Part shown: positions 1 to 9,958 of the stretch, in pieces
How the letters are laid out: every line of letters begins with the position of its first letter
Position numbering within the stretch: position 1 is the stretch's first letter
From: Elsinoe ampelina
Lineage: Eukaryota
NCBI GenBank assembly: GCA_010093995.1
Contig: ML992508.1
Location: 1,322,254 to 1,342,253, forward strand
Length of the DNA stretch: 20,000 nucleotides
Reading direction: 5' to 3'
The notes under the pieces: model-generated
Databases searched by the model: none
Told to the model about the DNA's origin: nothing
The model's input: only the letters and a program-made list of their open reading frames with translations
Program-made: the position numbers and the translations under genes

Positions 1-2
1 CA

Positions 3-2549
3 TTCGCAAGCGACGGTGGTGACGATGCTGCGAGGGCGGCGACCGGAAAGGATGTTATGGGAGTCAAGGCGGTGAACCAGTTGGACATACAAGGGCTATT
101 CACGCCCGGGACTGTCGTGGTAGACTACCTTGGCAAGCGATTGGTTGGACAAAGCATTGTACCTGGCATCTTCAAACAGCGGGAGCCCGGTGAGCATCAA
201 ATCGATTACGGCGGAGTCGAAGGCAAAGATGTCATTGCTGAGCACGAGGGTTTCAAGAAGCCCTTTGCTGAGCTCTCCAAGTCTTTGCGGGTAAAGAAGC
301 ATCCGGTCTGGGACAAGGAAGGCAAGCGACATGATTTGGAAGGTAGTGTGGAGACGAAGGGTCTGCTTGGAACCGATGGCAGGAAGTATGTCCTGGATCT
401 GTACCGCATCACGCCACTGGATGTTGCCTGGCTAGACGAGCACAGGAAGGACACGTCATCTGCGCCCGAGGGTGAAGCAGATGTGGAGAATTATCCACAC
501 CGGATGGCTGTCTTGCGACCTGAGCTGGTCGAGTCCTACTGGAGAACGAAGCTCCAAGCCTACGTCAAAGACGAGGTATCGAAGCGACAAGCAGCAAGGA
601 ATAGCGACGCTGAAAAGCAGATCTCCAACGGCGAGCCGGCTGCAACAAATGGCAGTGACGATAAAAAGGAAGACGCAGAGGGCAAAGAGCTCGAGAAGTC
701 GGAGAAGAAAGAGCCGGAGCAGGAACGTGTCGACGTTTCTGGCTTCCAATTCTCGCTCAACCCGGACGTATGCTGCGGCCAGAAACCGCAGACGGAGGAA
801 GAGAAGGAAGAGTGGGCTAACGACGAAGCTGAGGTACAGAATGCTTGCAAGTACCTTAGGTCTGAAGTCATACCCAAGGTGATCCACGACTTGTCTGAGG
901 GCGATGTCGGTTTCCCGATGGATGGTCAATCTCTTTCGAGCTTGATGCACAAGCGCGGTATCAACATCCGGTATCTCGGAGTCCTTGCGAATGAAGCAGA
1001 CAAGGAAGAATCCAGATTACAGGCCCTGAAGCAACTGTGTCACCAAGAGATGGTCTCGAGAAGCTTCAAGCATGTCAGCGCGAAATATCTCAAGCGATTG
1101 TCACCGCCATTCGCTCACGCTTGTATCGCTCATCTTCTCAACTGTTTGCTCGGCACTGCTTCCAAGCCAGTACCCGAGCTGGATGAATCACTGAAATCTT
1201 TATATCCGGAAGACGATTATTCATTCATGGACGTCACACCGGATGTGCTTGCATCAGAGATTACCGCAGAGGCCAACCGACGATACCGCTACGATGTGGG
1301 ATCCGGTATTGTACCAGATGGAAAGCGATTGCAAATGCTCCGCGAGGTATCTCTCAAGCTTGGTCTCCAACTTGAAGCGAAGGACTACTTCGACCAGCCG
1401 ACCACGAACGGCCACACACCCACGGAGACCACAAAGCCGACCACCAATGGCACATCCCACAAGAAGAAGTCGAAGCGATCGGAATCCCCGCCTGCGGTGC
1501 AATCAACAGCACCGAAGCAGACCTTCCACCCTGACGACGTCGTCAACGTCTATCCAATTATCAAGGAAGCTTCACCTCGATCAGTTCTTGCGGAAGAAGC
1601 GCTCGAAGCCGGGCGCATCTCCATTGCGCAAGATCAGAAGGAGCTTGGTCAGGAGCTCTTGCTTGAGTCCTTGTCATTACACGAGCAGATCTATGGTATC
1701 CTCCATCCAGAAGTCGCAAGGGTCTACTATGCTCTGTCAACGCTGTATTATTCGTTGGAAGAAAAGAACGCTGCCGTGGAACTCGCGCGGAAAGCTACCA
1801 TCATCTCCGAGCGCACCCTCGGCGTGGATCACGCAGAGACGATCTTGTGCTACTTGAATCTTTCACTTTTCGAGCACGCAAATGGCAACACAAAGTCCGC
1901 ACTAGGCTACGTTCGTCACGCACTCGATCTGTGGAAGGTCATCTATGGCCCATCGCATCCAGACAGCATCACAACTCTCAATAATGCCGCGGTCATGCTT
2001 CAATCACTGAAGCTCTACCACGAATCCCGCATCTGGTTTGAATCTTCCTTATCGGTTTGCGAATCCGTGTCAGGCAAGAACAGCGTCAACACAGCAACGC
2101 TTCTGTTCCAGCTGGCCCAAGCATTGGCATTAGATCGTGATCCCAAGGGCGCAGTCAACCGCATGCGTGAAGCATTCACCATCTTCAAGAACGAACTCGG
2201 ACCAGAAGATCGCAACACGAAGGAAGCTGAGAGTTGGCTTGAAAGCCTGACAAGCTCAGCGGTAAGTCTTGCGAAGCACGCGAAGGACGTCCAGGCTCGC
2301 AGACTACTCATCCGACCCAAAGTCGGCGGTCGGAGTCTTGTCGGCGCCACTGAAGGTGTCCGCCCACAGCCCAGTGTTGGCCAAACAGTGCAAGCAGCCA
2401 CCGGCGTGCCCAGCGTGACAGGCGAGCGAGGACCCGACAGCCGATCCGTGGACGAGCTGCTCAAGTACATCAACGGAGAAGCGAAAGGGAGCCCAAGCGG
2501 CAAAAAGAAGGGCGGTGTAAACCCAAAGAGAAGGCAAGCCAAGGCATAA
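3..2549 (+). CDS. CLU1: Clustered mitochondria protein Clu1/TIF31 (5'-truncated by window edge)
   Basis: Frame is open from base 3 (FASDGGDDAARAATGKDVMGV...) to TAA at 2547-2549. Contains CLU-domain motifs (TVVVDYLGKRLVGQSIVPGIF, KGLLGTDGRKYVLDLYRITPLD), the CLU-central motif (PMDGQSLSSLMHKRGINIRYLG) and C-terminal TPR repeats (EQIYGILHPEVA, ERTLGVDHAET, YGPSHPDSITT). No intron is needed in this part. Confidence 0.95.
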   Translation, partial: FASDGGDDAARAATGKDVMGVKAVNQLDIQGLFTPGTVVVDYLGKRLVGQSIVPGIFKQREPGEHQIDYGGVEGKDVIAEHEGFKKPFAELSKSLRVKKHPVWDKEGKRHDLEGSVETKGLLGTDGRKYVLDLYRITPLDVAWLDEHRKDTSSAPEGEADVENYPHRMAVLRPELVESYWRTKLQAYVKDEVSKRQAARNSDAEKQISNGEPAATNGSDDKKEDAEGKELEKSEKKEPEQERVDVSGFQFSLNPDVCCGQKPQTEEEKEEWANDEAEVQNACKYLRSEVIPKVIHDLSEGDVGFPMDGQSLSSLMHKRGINIRYLGVLANEADKEESRLQALKQLCHQEMVSRSFKHVSAKYLKRLSPPFAHACIAHLLNCLLGTASKPVPELDESLKSLYPEDDYSFMDVTPDVLASEITAEANRRYRYDVGSGIVPDGKRLQMLREVSLKLGLQLEAKDYFDQPTTNGHTPTETTKPTTNGTSHKKKSKRSESPPAVQSTAPKQTFHPDDVVNVYPIIKEASPRSVLAEEALEAGRISIAQDQKELGQELLLESLSLHEQIYGILHPEVARVYYALSTLYYSLEEKNAAVELARKATIISERTLGVDHAETILCYLNLSLFEHANGNTKSALGYVRHALDLWKVIYGPSHPDSITTLNNAAVMLQSLKLYHESRIWFESSLSVCESVSGKNSVNTATLLFQLAQALALDRDPKGAVNRMREAFTIFKNELGPEDRNTKEAESWLESLTSSAVSLAKHAKDVQARRLLIRPKVGGRSLVGATEGVRPQPSVGQTVQAATGVPSVTGERGPDSRSVDELLKYINGEAKGSPSGKKKGGVNPKRRQAKA

Positions 2550-2695
2550 AGCCTACATTCCACCATGCAAATGTCCTCCGGCACACATACAGAGAAAGGG
2601 GCTCACGCACAGGCTGCGTTCCCCCCATCTGTACTTAGCAAGCTATGTACCACCACCACCCATCCGCACCCCACTCAATACAAAGACCCTGTACA

Positions 2696-4116
2696 TCACG
2701 CACCCCCACTCGCTCCCTCCCACTCCCTCTTCATCGTCTCCCTAAACTCCCCAAACGCCATATCACTATTCGGCGGGAAAGGCTTCACCTCGCCCTGCGC
2801 ATCAATCCAATCAAAAGCATCATAGTGTACATTATCCGCGTCCGGGTAGCGATAACACTGAATCGTGGCGCACACGCCGGGCGTCTCGTTGTGCAGCTTG
2901 TGCACCTGGTAATTCTCGTCGCCGATCCACGTGACCATGCCCTTTTTCAGGTTGGCGCTGCCGAGGACGCAGGGGGAGGAGAGCGAGGTGTACCAGGTGC
3001 AGTTGATGTCGCCGTGGAGGACCTTGATGACGGCGCACGCGTTGCCGTGGTCGTGGATGGGCGAGTAGTGTTTGGACGGCCAGATTTCGAGGACGTAGGG
3101 TATGCCGGGGGAGTCGCCCTGTTTTTTTGGTCAGGAGGTGGGGAGGGGAGGGAGGGGAGGAGAGCGGGGAGGGCAGGGAGGGGAGGGAGGGGGGGCAAAG
3201 GAGAGGGGAGACTCACGAGGTTGTAGCCTAGCGTGATGCGGAGGTAGGTCCCGTTGGGGTCGGAGCCGAACTCGCCTTGCTTTTCTTTGAGCTTGTTGTA
3301 CGCCCAGCAGCCTTCGGTGATGCAGCTGCGTTGGATCGCGTCGGAGAAATCGGGGAAGTCGTCGTCGTTGAGGACGATGTTGGCCCCGGCGACGTTGCCG
3401 TAGAGCACTTGGCAGGCTTCGGGGAGGTTGGCGGGGGCCGTGTAGGTGCCTTTCTCGAGGTCGAGGAGGGTGACTTTGTCGGCTGACAGGACGAAGGGGG
3501 AGCGATCGATCACGATGGGCAGAGGGTTGATGATCGGGAAGATTTGGGCTCCGGATTCGTCTTGGATGATCTGGATCCTTTTGGTGTTTGAGAGCCAGGA
3601 GAACTTGGGCGGATCGTCCCAGACCTGGAGGCCGTCTTTGTTCAGACGTTTGAGGCGTGCTTCGACGAGAGTCATGGCTTTGTTGGTGTAGTATTTGCCG
3701 TAGCGAAGGATGCCATTGTCTTGGTCCAGTGACAGCCAGTAGGTGGTTGGCTTGCCGGTATCAAGATAGCAGGCATCCTTGCTTTTGACGAAGACGTAGG
3801 GAATCTCTTGCTTGCCCGCGGCGGTGTCGAAGTAGAATAGGAAGTCGGAACTACCGATATCGAGGTGCAGGATCGGACCCCCGTCCAGATTTGTCTCGAC
3901 AGCTATGCTGAGGAGGTTTCGGGCATCAGAAGATACGGCGACTGTGCCTTGGCCGGTGACAGGAAGGATGTTGGTGAACTCTGGCTTGCGAGGTGCTACA
4001 AGCTTGCCATCTTCAGTCTTCTCATGGCCTGGAGCAGCCTTGAGTCCACCAGATGGAATAGCTTGTTTTTTGGAGAAGAACGGATCAAAGAATTGAGAAG
4101 GCGAAGCAGCTGCCAT
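2696..4116 (-). CDS. Cysteine dioxygenase-like cupin with long N-terminal extension (2 exons, about 440 aa)
   Basis: Exon 1 is 4116-3217 (ATG...YLRITLGYNL). The 98-nt phase-0 intron 3216-3119 has a GTGAGT donor, a CTGAC branch site and a CAG acceptor. Exon 2 is 3118-2696 (GDSPGIPYVLEIWPSKHYSPIHDHGNACAVIKVLHG...YQVHKLHN...TIQCYRYP). The HxH motif plus a distal His matches the CDO type I 3-His metal site. Splicing joins track ORFs 2947..4140 and 2696..2938 in frame. Confidence 0.8.
3136..3210 (+). repeat. Polypurine (GGGA)n-like low-complexity tract inside the intron of the CDO-like gene
   Basis: Read directly: ggggaggggagggaggggaggagagcggggagggcagggagggagggagggggggc. It is C/U-rich in the pre-mRNA. 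Confidence 0.85.
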
Positions 4117-4932
4117 GATGAATGAGCAGATGAGGTGCAATAGTGCTTGACCTGGAGCAAGAGGTTCGACCGATACTTATACCTTGATTGCGTGCACATT
4201 CACCGACAATCTCGTCCAATACGAAGAAGGTGATTACTACCAAGTTTGAGGGGTGGAGGGTGCGCCGCCAATGAAGTTGAATGTGGCTGTCAAGACACAG
4301 CTGGGGGCATGCACAGTACCCCTGCAGACGCAGCACGAAAACTAGAGGCGAGGTCTGGGAACGTTGTTTGTGCTGCAAGTGAGACGCCTCAGACTACTAT
4401 CGACGGCTGTGGCTAAACACTTTCATGGCATGAGCGGCGATGTCAATCGCCACCCTCTTCTCCCATATGGCGCGCATATTCTATTAGTGTAATTGTAGTT
4501 CTTGACGGTAGTCGAAGTAAAGTCTGTGATAAGTCTTGCGGTGAGATGGTAGCTGCATGTAACGTGTGGAGTGATTGGTTGTGTACATCATGCAGGGGTC
4601 TGCTGGTCTGCATCGCTAGATGGGACTGCTCGCATATCGAGGTGCACAGAGCCGAGCAACGCATTGCTTGCCACCGAACGATGCAGGTAACGTGGCGTTA
4701 ATTCGAGATCCGAAGTCGTGAGACGATGAAAGGGATGTGGGAAAGGCTGCTCTCGCTGGAAGAGAAAAGTTTCCGAGTGCAAGATAATCCAGGACAGGAT
4801 GCCGGAGTTGGCTCAAAGTGGGTCTTGCGGCTCTGCGGTCGACCCCGCAGGCGTGCATTAGCGCCACGCGTTTCGGCGACAACGACGAGAACATTTCTCC
4901 CATTCACATCACCGTTGAAGTCGTCGGAGACA

Positions 4933-6747
4933 ATGCGGCCCGTCCTGAGGCATCGCGCCTTCGCCCAGGGCTGGCATCACACTCGTTTCGTGCCAGTTCA
5001 GTCGTCGTTTCCTAGGACACCTGGCGCATCCCGTGGATTGGTGCAGATTCCGACCCCTGGAAGCAACATACCTGGTCAAGATGAGGAAGAAGGCAATTCG
5101 AAGAACCAAGACGAGAAGCCAGGATGGGGCCCGACATTCTTCCGCATGTTTGAGTCTTCAATGACCACCTTGGCTAGTGTGGCTGTTTTGGGTGTGATTG
5201 GCTACAGCTACACAAGGTACTACAAGCACCTGGTCTTGAAGAAAATGGAGAACGCATTCGAGCCCGGCGATCCGGTCCTCCAGCTGGCTAACAAAGGAGG
5301 TCTTCCAGCGCCGGGTGATGATGAGAGCGATCGCTCGCATTGGATCGACCGGGCGGAGCAGAAGCGACTCGACGACATTGTGAGTGGCAAATCTCGGGGC
5401 CAGTATTATTTGATTGTAGGAGAAAAGGGCACTGGAAAGTCATCTATGCTCATTGATGCTATGGCCAAGATCAACGGAGAAGGATGCGCCATGTTCGAAG
5501 CGCACGCGGACCTGGAAATCTTCCGAGTGAGGCTTGGAAAGGCATTGGACTTTGAATATCACGAGGACAATATCGGAGCACTATTCTCGATTCGAGGCCC
5601 TAGGGATGCAAGCGCGCTGCTGGACATCGAGCGAGCATTCAACAAACTGGAGAAGATTGCTCTGCGGAGACGAGACAGAGTTGGACGACCATTGATCATG
5701 ATCATCAATAGTACACATCTTCTGCGCGACGACGAGGACGGCAGGGATCTGTTAGAGCTCGTGCAACAAAGAGCTGGTGAGTCCCAAAGGAGACAGATAG
5801 GAAGTGTTAGTAACATGAGACAGAACAATGGGCAGCGGGTAATTTGGCAACGATCATCTTCAACAGTGACGACTATTGGGTCTACGAGCGCCTCAAGCAG
5901 TACGCCACTCGATTACAAGTCATTCCGATATACGATCTACCAAAGGATAAGGCCATGGTAGCATTGAGGAATCATCGATACAAGTACTTCAACGAGCACC
6001 CAACCTCGGATCTTTTGGAGCAGGTTTATAAGAAAGTCGGGGGCCGACTTGCATTTCTCAACGTCAGTTTTCCTTCTTCCCCACCCCGTACATGCTGACT
6101 TTGTGTTAGCGGGTCGCAAAGAGCCCGGATATGCTCAAGACGTGCGACGAAATCAATGTGATGGAGAAGACTTGGTTTCTGAATCAATGCTGGATCCTCG
6201 GTGAGCCAATGGACGACGACGTCATGGACCAGCAGAAATTCGCTGTAAGATCTCCTGCACAAAGATGTAAATACTATACTGACATGGATAGTCTGCAGCA
6301 GTCGTCATGGCAAAAGCCCTGGTCGACAGAGAGAAAGAGGTCGGCGTCAACTGGAGTGACGAACATGGCCATGTTCTGCCCGAGATACCATTGCACGAAG
6401 CACGACAGATCATGACCAGAGCGGATTTCATCAAGCAGTACGACGCAATCAACATCTTCACCATCGACTCGAAAGCACAGGTTCGAGCTGACTCAGTCCC
6501 GATGATGAACGCCTTCCGAGAAGTGTGTGCCATCGAAGGATTCGAAGAGCATTTGGAGGCCACCCTTGATCGCATTTCTGCCATTGAGTCTTTGGGCCGC
6601 ACCCGAGAGCTGACGATAAAGGACCTATGGAATAACGGCAAGTATCAATTCTACGTCAAAGATCGGAAAGGCAATCTGGAGAAGAATGTCACCTTTGTCA
6701 CGGAGGCGCCACCGGAAGAAGACGAGAAAGACAAGGACGACAACTAG
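4933..6747 (+). CDS. Uncharacterised fungal P-loop (AAA-like) ATPase, probably mitochondrial and membrane-anchored (4 exons, about 557 aa)
   Basis: Exons 4933-5776, 5824-6062, 6110-6244 and 6292-6747. Three 47-nt introns (GTGAGT..CAG, GTCAGT..CTGAC..TAG, GTAAGA..CTGAC..TAG) join ORFs 4726..5961, 5844..6098, 6131..6415 and 6307..6747 into one frame (1674 nt). Walker A is GEKGTGKS. The N-terminus is Arg-rich and lacks acidic residues (MRPVLRHRAFAQGW...), like a presequence, and is followed by a hydrophobic segment TLASVAVLGVIGYSY. Confidence 0.8.
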
Positions 6748-7112
6748 GAGAAGGACACACACGCCACGGTTATTGGACTAGGGAAAGACTCTGCTGGTAC
6801 GGAGCGCTTGGTATCTATGAAGCCTACAAAACCTGATCAGAAGAGGGAGGCCAATGTCGACTACAACTGATAGACTGTATTCTAAAGCCCTATAGAAGGA
6901 AGGTGCGGCTCTGCGGTTGGACTGCTCTAGCGTAAAGCTTAAAATTCAGGGACTGTGTTGATTTGTTGACACGGCCCAACGACTACACTTGACGCATGAC
7001 TGTACAGCGACTAACTTTGCCCTCGCCTCATTGCTAAGTTTACTTGCTAATGATTGTTCTCATTCTGCTGGCACCTCATACTTGACTCAGATCTCGGCCT
7101 CATGACAACACA

Positions 7113-9866
7113 ATGCCACAGTCTGGAGAGCAGGATATCCCGTGGACAGCCAGCCGCTGTCTGCGCTTACTGAGACCCATCACCTCCCGAATAGAGCCAT
7201 TACAAAGACTTGTAGTCTCTCGCAAGACGAATCAGGGTGATTCATGGAAATTTGATCGAGAAAGCTCCTCATCCCCCGAGGTTCAAGATGCTTTGATGAG
7301 CTCACCGTTACAACGAGAAGATCCAACCTGGGTACCCAAGGGACCGGCCGACCTCACTCGCACCTACTCTGCCCGTCATCGCAGGCAATATGTACAGGTC
7401 CCAGCTGCTCCGAAACTCAATGCCCCGGTCGCTACACCTGCTGCAGGTCCGACACTGCCAACACCATACCGGCAACCAGCGATGCCTGATCTAGATGTAT
7501 CAAGTGGCGAGTCTGCAGGGACAGACATGGATGAATCCAACAGGAATCAAGGCGCTAGTAGAAAGAGATCGAAGCTGTCTCAAAGTCAATCAGGGGATCC
7601 TGAACTCGTCTCGACCCCAAAGTCCAGGCAGCGTGCGAATCTGAGAGCAGGCATACTTGACGCCTTGAAGACCGTTCTGGAACGCACTCGGGATATGGAG
7701 ACCTCGACGGCTGAATTGTATTCAGAAATGAGACATCGAGTCGGTTATACGCACGACACGACCAAGGCGATCCAGGACGCTGACCATCCAGCATCAGCCG
7801 CACCACAGCTGCAAGGCTTCGGTATACATGAATCACGGCATCCCTTGAGGCAGACTAAGCAATCACTACCAGAAGAGCACCAATCCCGGAAGCAGCACCC
7901 GGCAATACATGGTGCTGCCAGCTTATTTGACATCTGCCTTCGTAAGGTACCGGTATTGATTGAACAGGAACAACATCAGCGGCAGATCGACAAAGAAGAC
8001 AACAGCGAATCCAACGTTGCCAGTGAAATCTACGATGACCTAGAATGCCTTGGCTCCGCAGTCGCTTCGTATCCTCCGCTGCGCAAAGTGGTTCGAGCAC
8101 ACGCACTACACCTTGTGATTGGATTGTTTCGACAAGGGACACTGACTAAGCTTACCTTGCACGATGTCGTCACTTCTCTTGTGGACAAGGCAACTCGATC
8201 TGAGCTGCATCGGTTTTTGGATGCTGTCTCTCATCTGCTCGAGATCAACGATGCGATGGATCTCAATGATGCCGTATCTGTCTGGCCGCCGGAGGGTCCT
8301 ATCATGATGCTTCCTGGCTGGCTCATAGGAAGGTATTTTTCCACCTGGCATCTCGGCTCCCAAGACCAGAGTCTCCACGGTTTCGGCCGTCCTGACTGGT
8401 CCACATGGCTTATGTATATCTGCGGCAAATTTGCACGCGAGACCCAAGGAGAAAGCCTGGTAGGACTTGAAGAGATCCTTGCTGCTTGTGGCGTCCCCGA
8501 GGTCCGAGAAGACGGGAGCACTTCATGGGATAAGAGGAGTGGAGTGTCTTTCGGTGGGCCAAATATTCGCCTCGTCGCAGGCAATTTGGAACAGCCCCTG
8601 GTCGTATTGGCATCGATGGCGCTCCTTGGCCTGAAAGCTCCCTTCGATGATCTGAAATACGCTACTGCATTATCTATCACTACCGCATTCAGAGTCGCAA
8701 CCATACGGGTGTTCAGAGATCTCGACACCATAGCCCATGCGTCCGGGGGCGCTGGAAGCGATGTCGGCTGGAAGCCACTCACCACGAAGTTGCTCACCTT
8801 GACCATGGTGCTGCAATCGACGGCTCAGGAAAGAACGAATGCTCATACCAGTCTGGACCCAAATTGCATTATCACAGCAATGCGACGAGTATGGTTTCCG
8901 AAGCAGGACTGGAGAGCGGACAAATCGAGGTTGCAATACAGCCTTGATGCTTTGCACAGTGTGGCAGTTTGTGTCGGCAGTGAAAACAGAGATAGAGCCG
9001 CAGACGCCCTATACGACTGCGTACGACCCCTCATGGACATTGCGTATGACTGTGACGAAGTCTCAGCTTCTTTCCTGCGTGAGCTCTGCGTCGAGTCGAC
9101 AAGACGTATGGCAAAGTTGTACAACCTACCAAAGGCGAGGCGCATCGCCCGAGATATCGACGAAGAGTGTGAGGCTCTTGGAGAGAAGATTGCCAAGTCC
9201 AAATGGGAAGAGGCTGATCTCCACGATCCGCTGCGGAAACAGCGGCATTACATGTATGACGATGGACTAAGAGAGTGGATTGCCTATTCGCCTCCGAGAT
9301 CAAAGGCAGTCGTTGTCAGCCACAAAAGACCCTCATCGACCACTGATGATGGCCGACCAAGCAAGATTCGCAAGGCTGTACCTGACATTGACGACTCGGG
9401 CTATGCTAGTGGTTCCCTCTCACCTGAGACTCCTGCGCGAGGACATCGTAAAGCACTTGTGCCTGGTTCGCCTGACGAGCTTGGTCCTAATTGGACGCCG
9501 TCAAGATTGAATCTTTCCAGCAGGTCGCCCATACAAGATACCGAGGAGACCAACCACCACGTACATAGTAGTCCTACACAAGCCGCTCCACCACTAGTCG
9601 ACGATTCCAACAGCAACGATGTTGGGTCTGCTAACGACGGGCCAGATGAGCTTGCGCTGGACGTGAGACAGCCTCGACCAAGATCTTCGGCAAGGGTCGT
9701 CTCGACAGGGAGTCCTCGAGATCCGATAGTGATCGACGCTGCAGAAGAGGTCAACACCAGGTCGAGAGTAAGGCCGAGAGCACCGAACACAGCGCTTCCA
9801 GTGGGACGAAGTGGAAACCCCATCATAATGCATGACGAAGACGACGACTTTGACGAATTAGGCTGA
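7113..9866 (+). CDS. Uncharacterised 917-aa protein (disordered ends, helical core)
   Basis: Uninterrupted 2.75-kb ORF. It has an N-terminal WTASRCLRLLRPI segment, an SLFDICLRKVP segment, basic NLS-like stretches (SRKRSK, RPSKIRK) and an S/P/D-rich tail. No family recognised with confidence. Confidence 0.75.
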   Translation: MPQSGEQDIPWTASRCLRLLRPITSRIEPLQRLVVSRKTNQGDSWKFDRESSSSPEVQDALMSSPLQREDPTWVPKGPADLTRTYSARHRRQYVQVPAAPKLNAPVATPAAGPTLPTPYRQPAMPDLDVSSGESAGTDMDESNRNQGASRKRSKLSQSQSGDPELVSTPKSRQRANLRAGILDALKTVLERTRDMETSTAELYSEMRHRVGYTHDTTKAIQDADHPASAAPQLQGFGIHESRHPLRQTKQSLPEEHQSRKQHPAIHGAASLFDICLRKVPVLIEQEQHQRQIDKEDNSESNVASEIYDDLECLGSAVASYPPLRKVVRAHALHLVIGLFRQGTLTKLTLHDVVTSLVDKATRSELHRFLDAVSHLLEINDAMDLNDAVSVWPPEGPIMMLPGWLIGRYFSTWHLGSQDQSLHGFGRPDWSTWLMYICGKFARETQGESLVGLEEILAACGVPEVREDGSTSWDKRSGVSFGGPNIRLVAGNLEQPLVVLASMALLGLKAPFDDLKYATALSITTAFRVATIRVFRDLDTIAHASGGAGSDVGWKPLTTKLLTLTMVLQSTAQERTNAHTSLDPNCIITAMRRVWFPKQDWRADKSRLQYSLDALHSVAVCVGSENRDRAADALYDCVRPLMDIAYDCDEVSASFLRELCVESTRRMAKLYNLPKARRIARDIDEECEALGEKIAKSKWEEADLHDPLRKQRHYMYDDGLREWIAYSPPRSKAVVVSHKRPSSTTDDGRPSKIRKAVPDIDDSGYASGSLSPETPARGHRKALVPGSPDELGPNWTPSRLNLSSRSPIQDTEETNHHVHSSPTQAAPPLVDDSNSNDVGSANDGPDELALDVRQPRPRSSARVVSTGSPRDPIVIDAAEEVNTRSRVRPRAPNTALPVGRSGNPIIMHDEDDDFDELG

Positions 9867-9958
9867 GCTGAGCCACTTTAGCCTCCATCCTTCACTTGTA
9901 TAGCATATAGATACCCCTCATGCGCCACGCTTCATTCACCATCCCTCATGTCTCCGTC

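Noticed and set aside
2947..3216. Pro-rich C-terminus of track ORF 2947..4140 (VSLPSPLPPLPP...)
   Set aside because: It is read-through of the 3216-3119 intron and an off-frame reading of exon 2. The spliced frame gives the cupin motifs.
4465..4479. Near-palindrome atatggcgcgcatat resembling a CYS-3/MetR site upstream of the CDO-like gene
   Set aside because: It does not fit ATGRYRYCAT (one extra base) and occurs once.
4726..4932. 69-codon upstream extension of the ATPase ORF
   Set aside because: The ATG at 4933 (ACAATG context) starts a presequence-like N-terminus and the extension looks like UTR or promoter. Not fully excluded.
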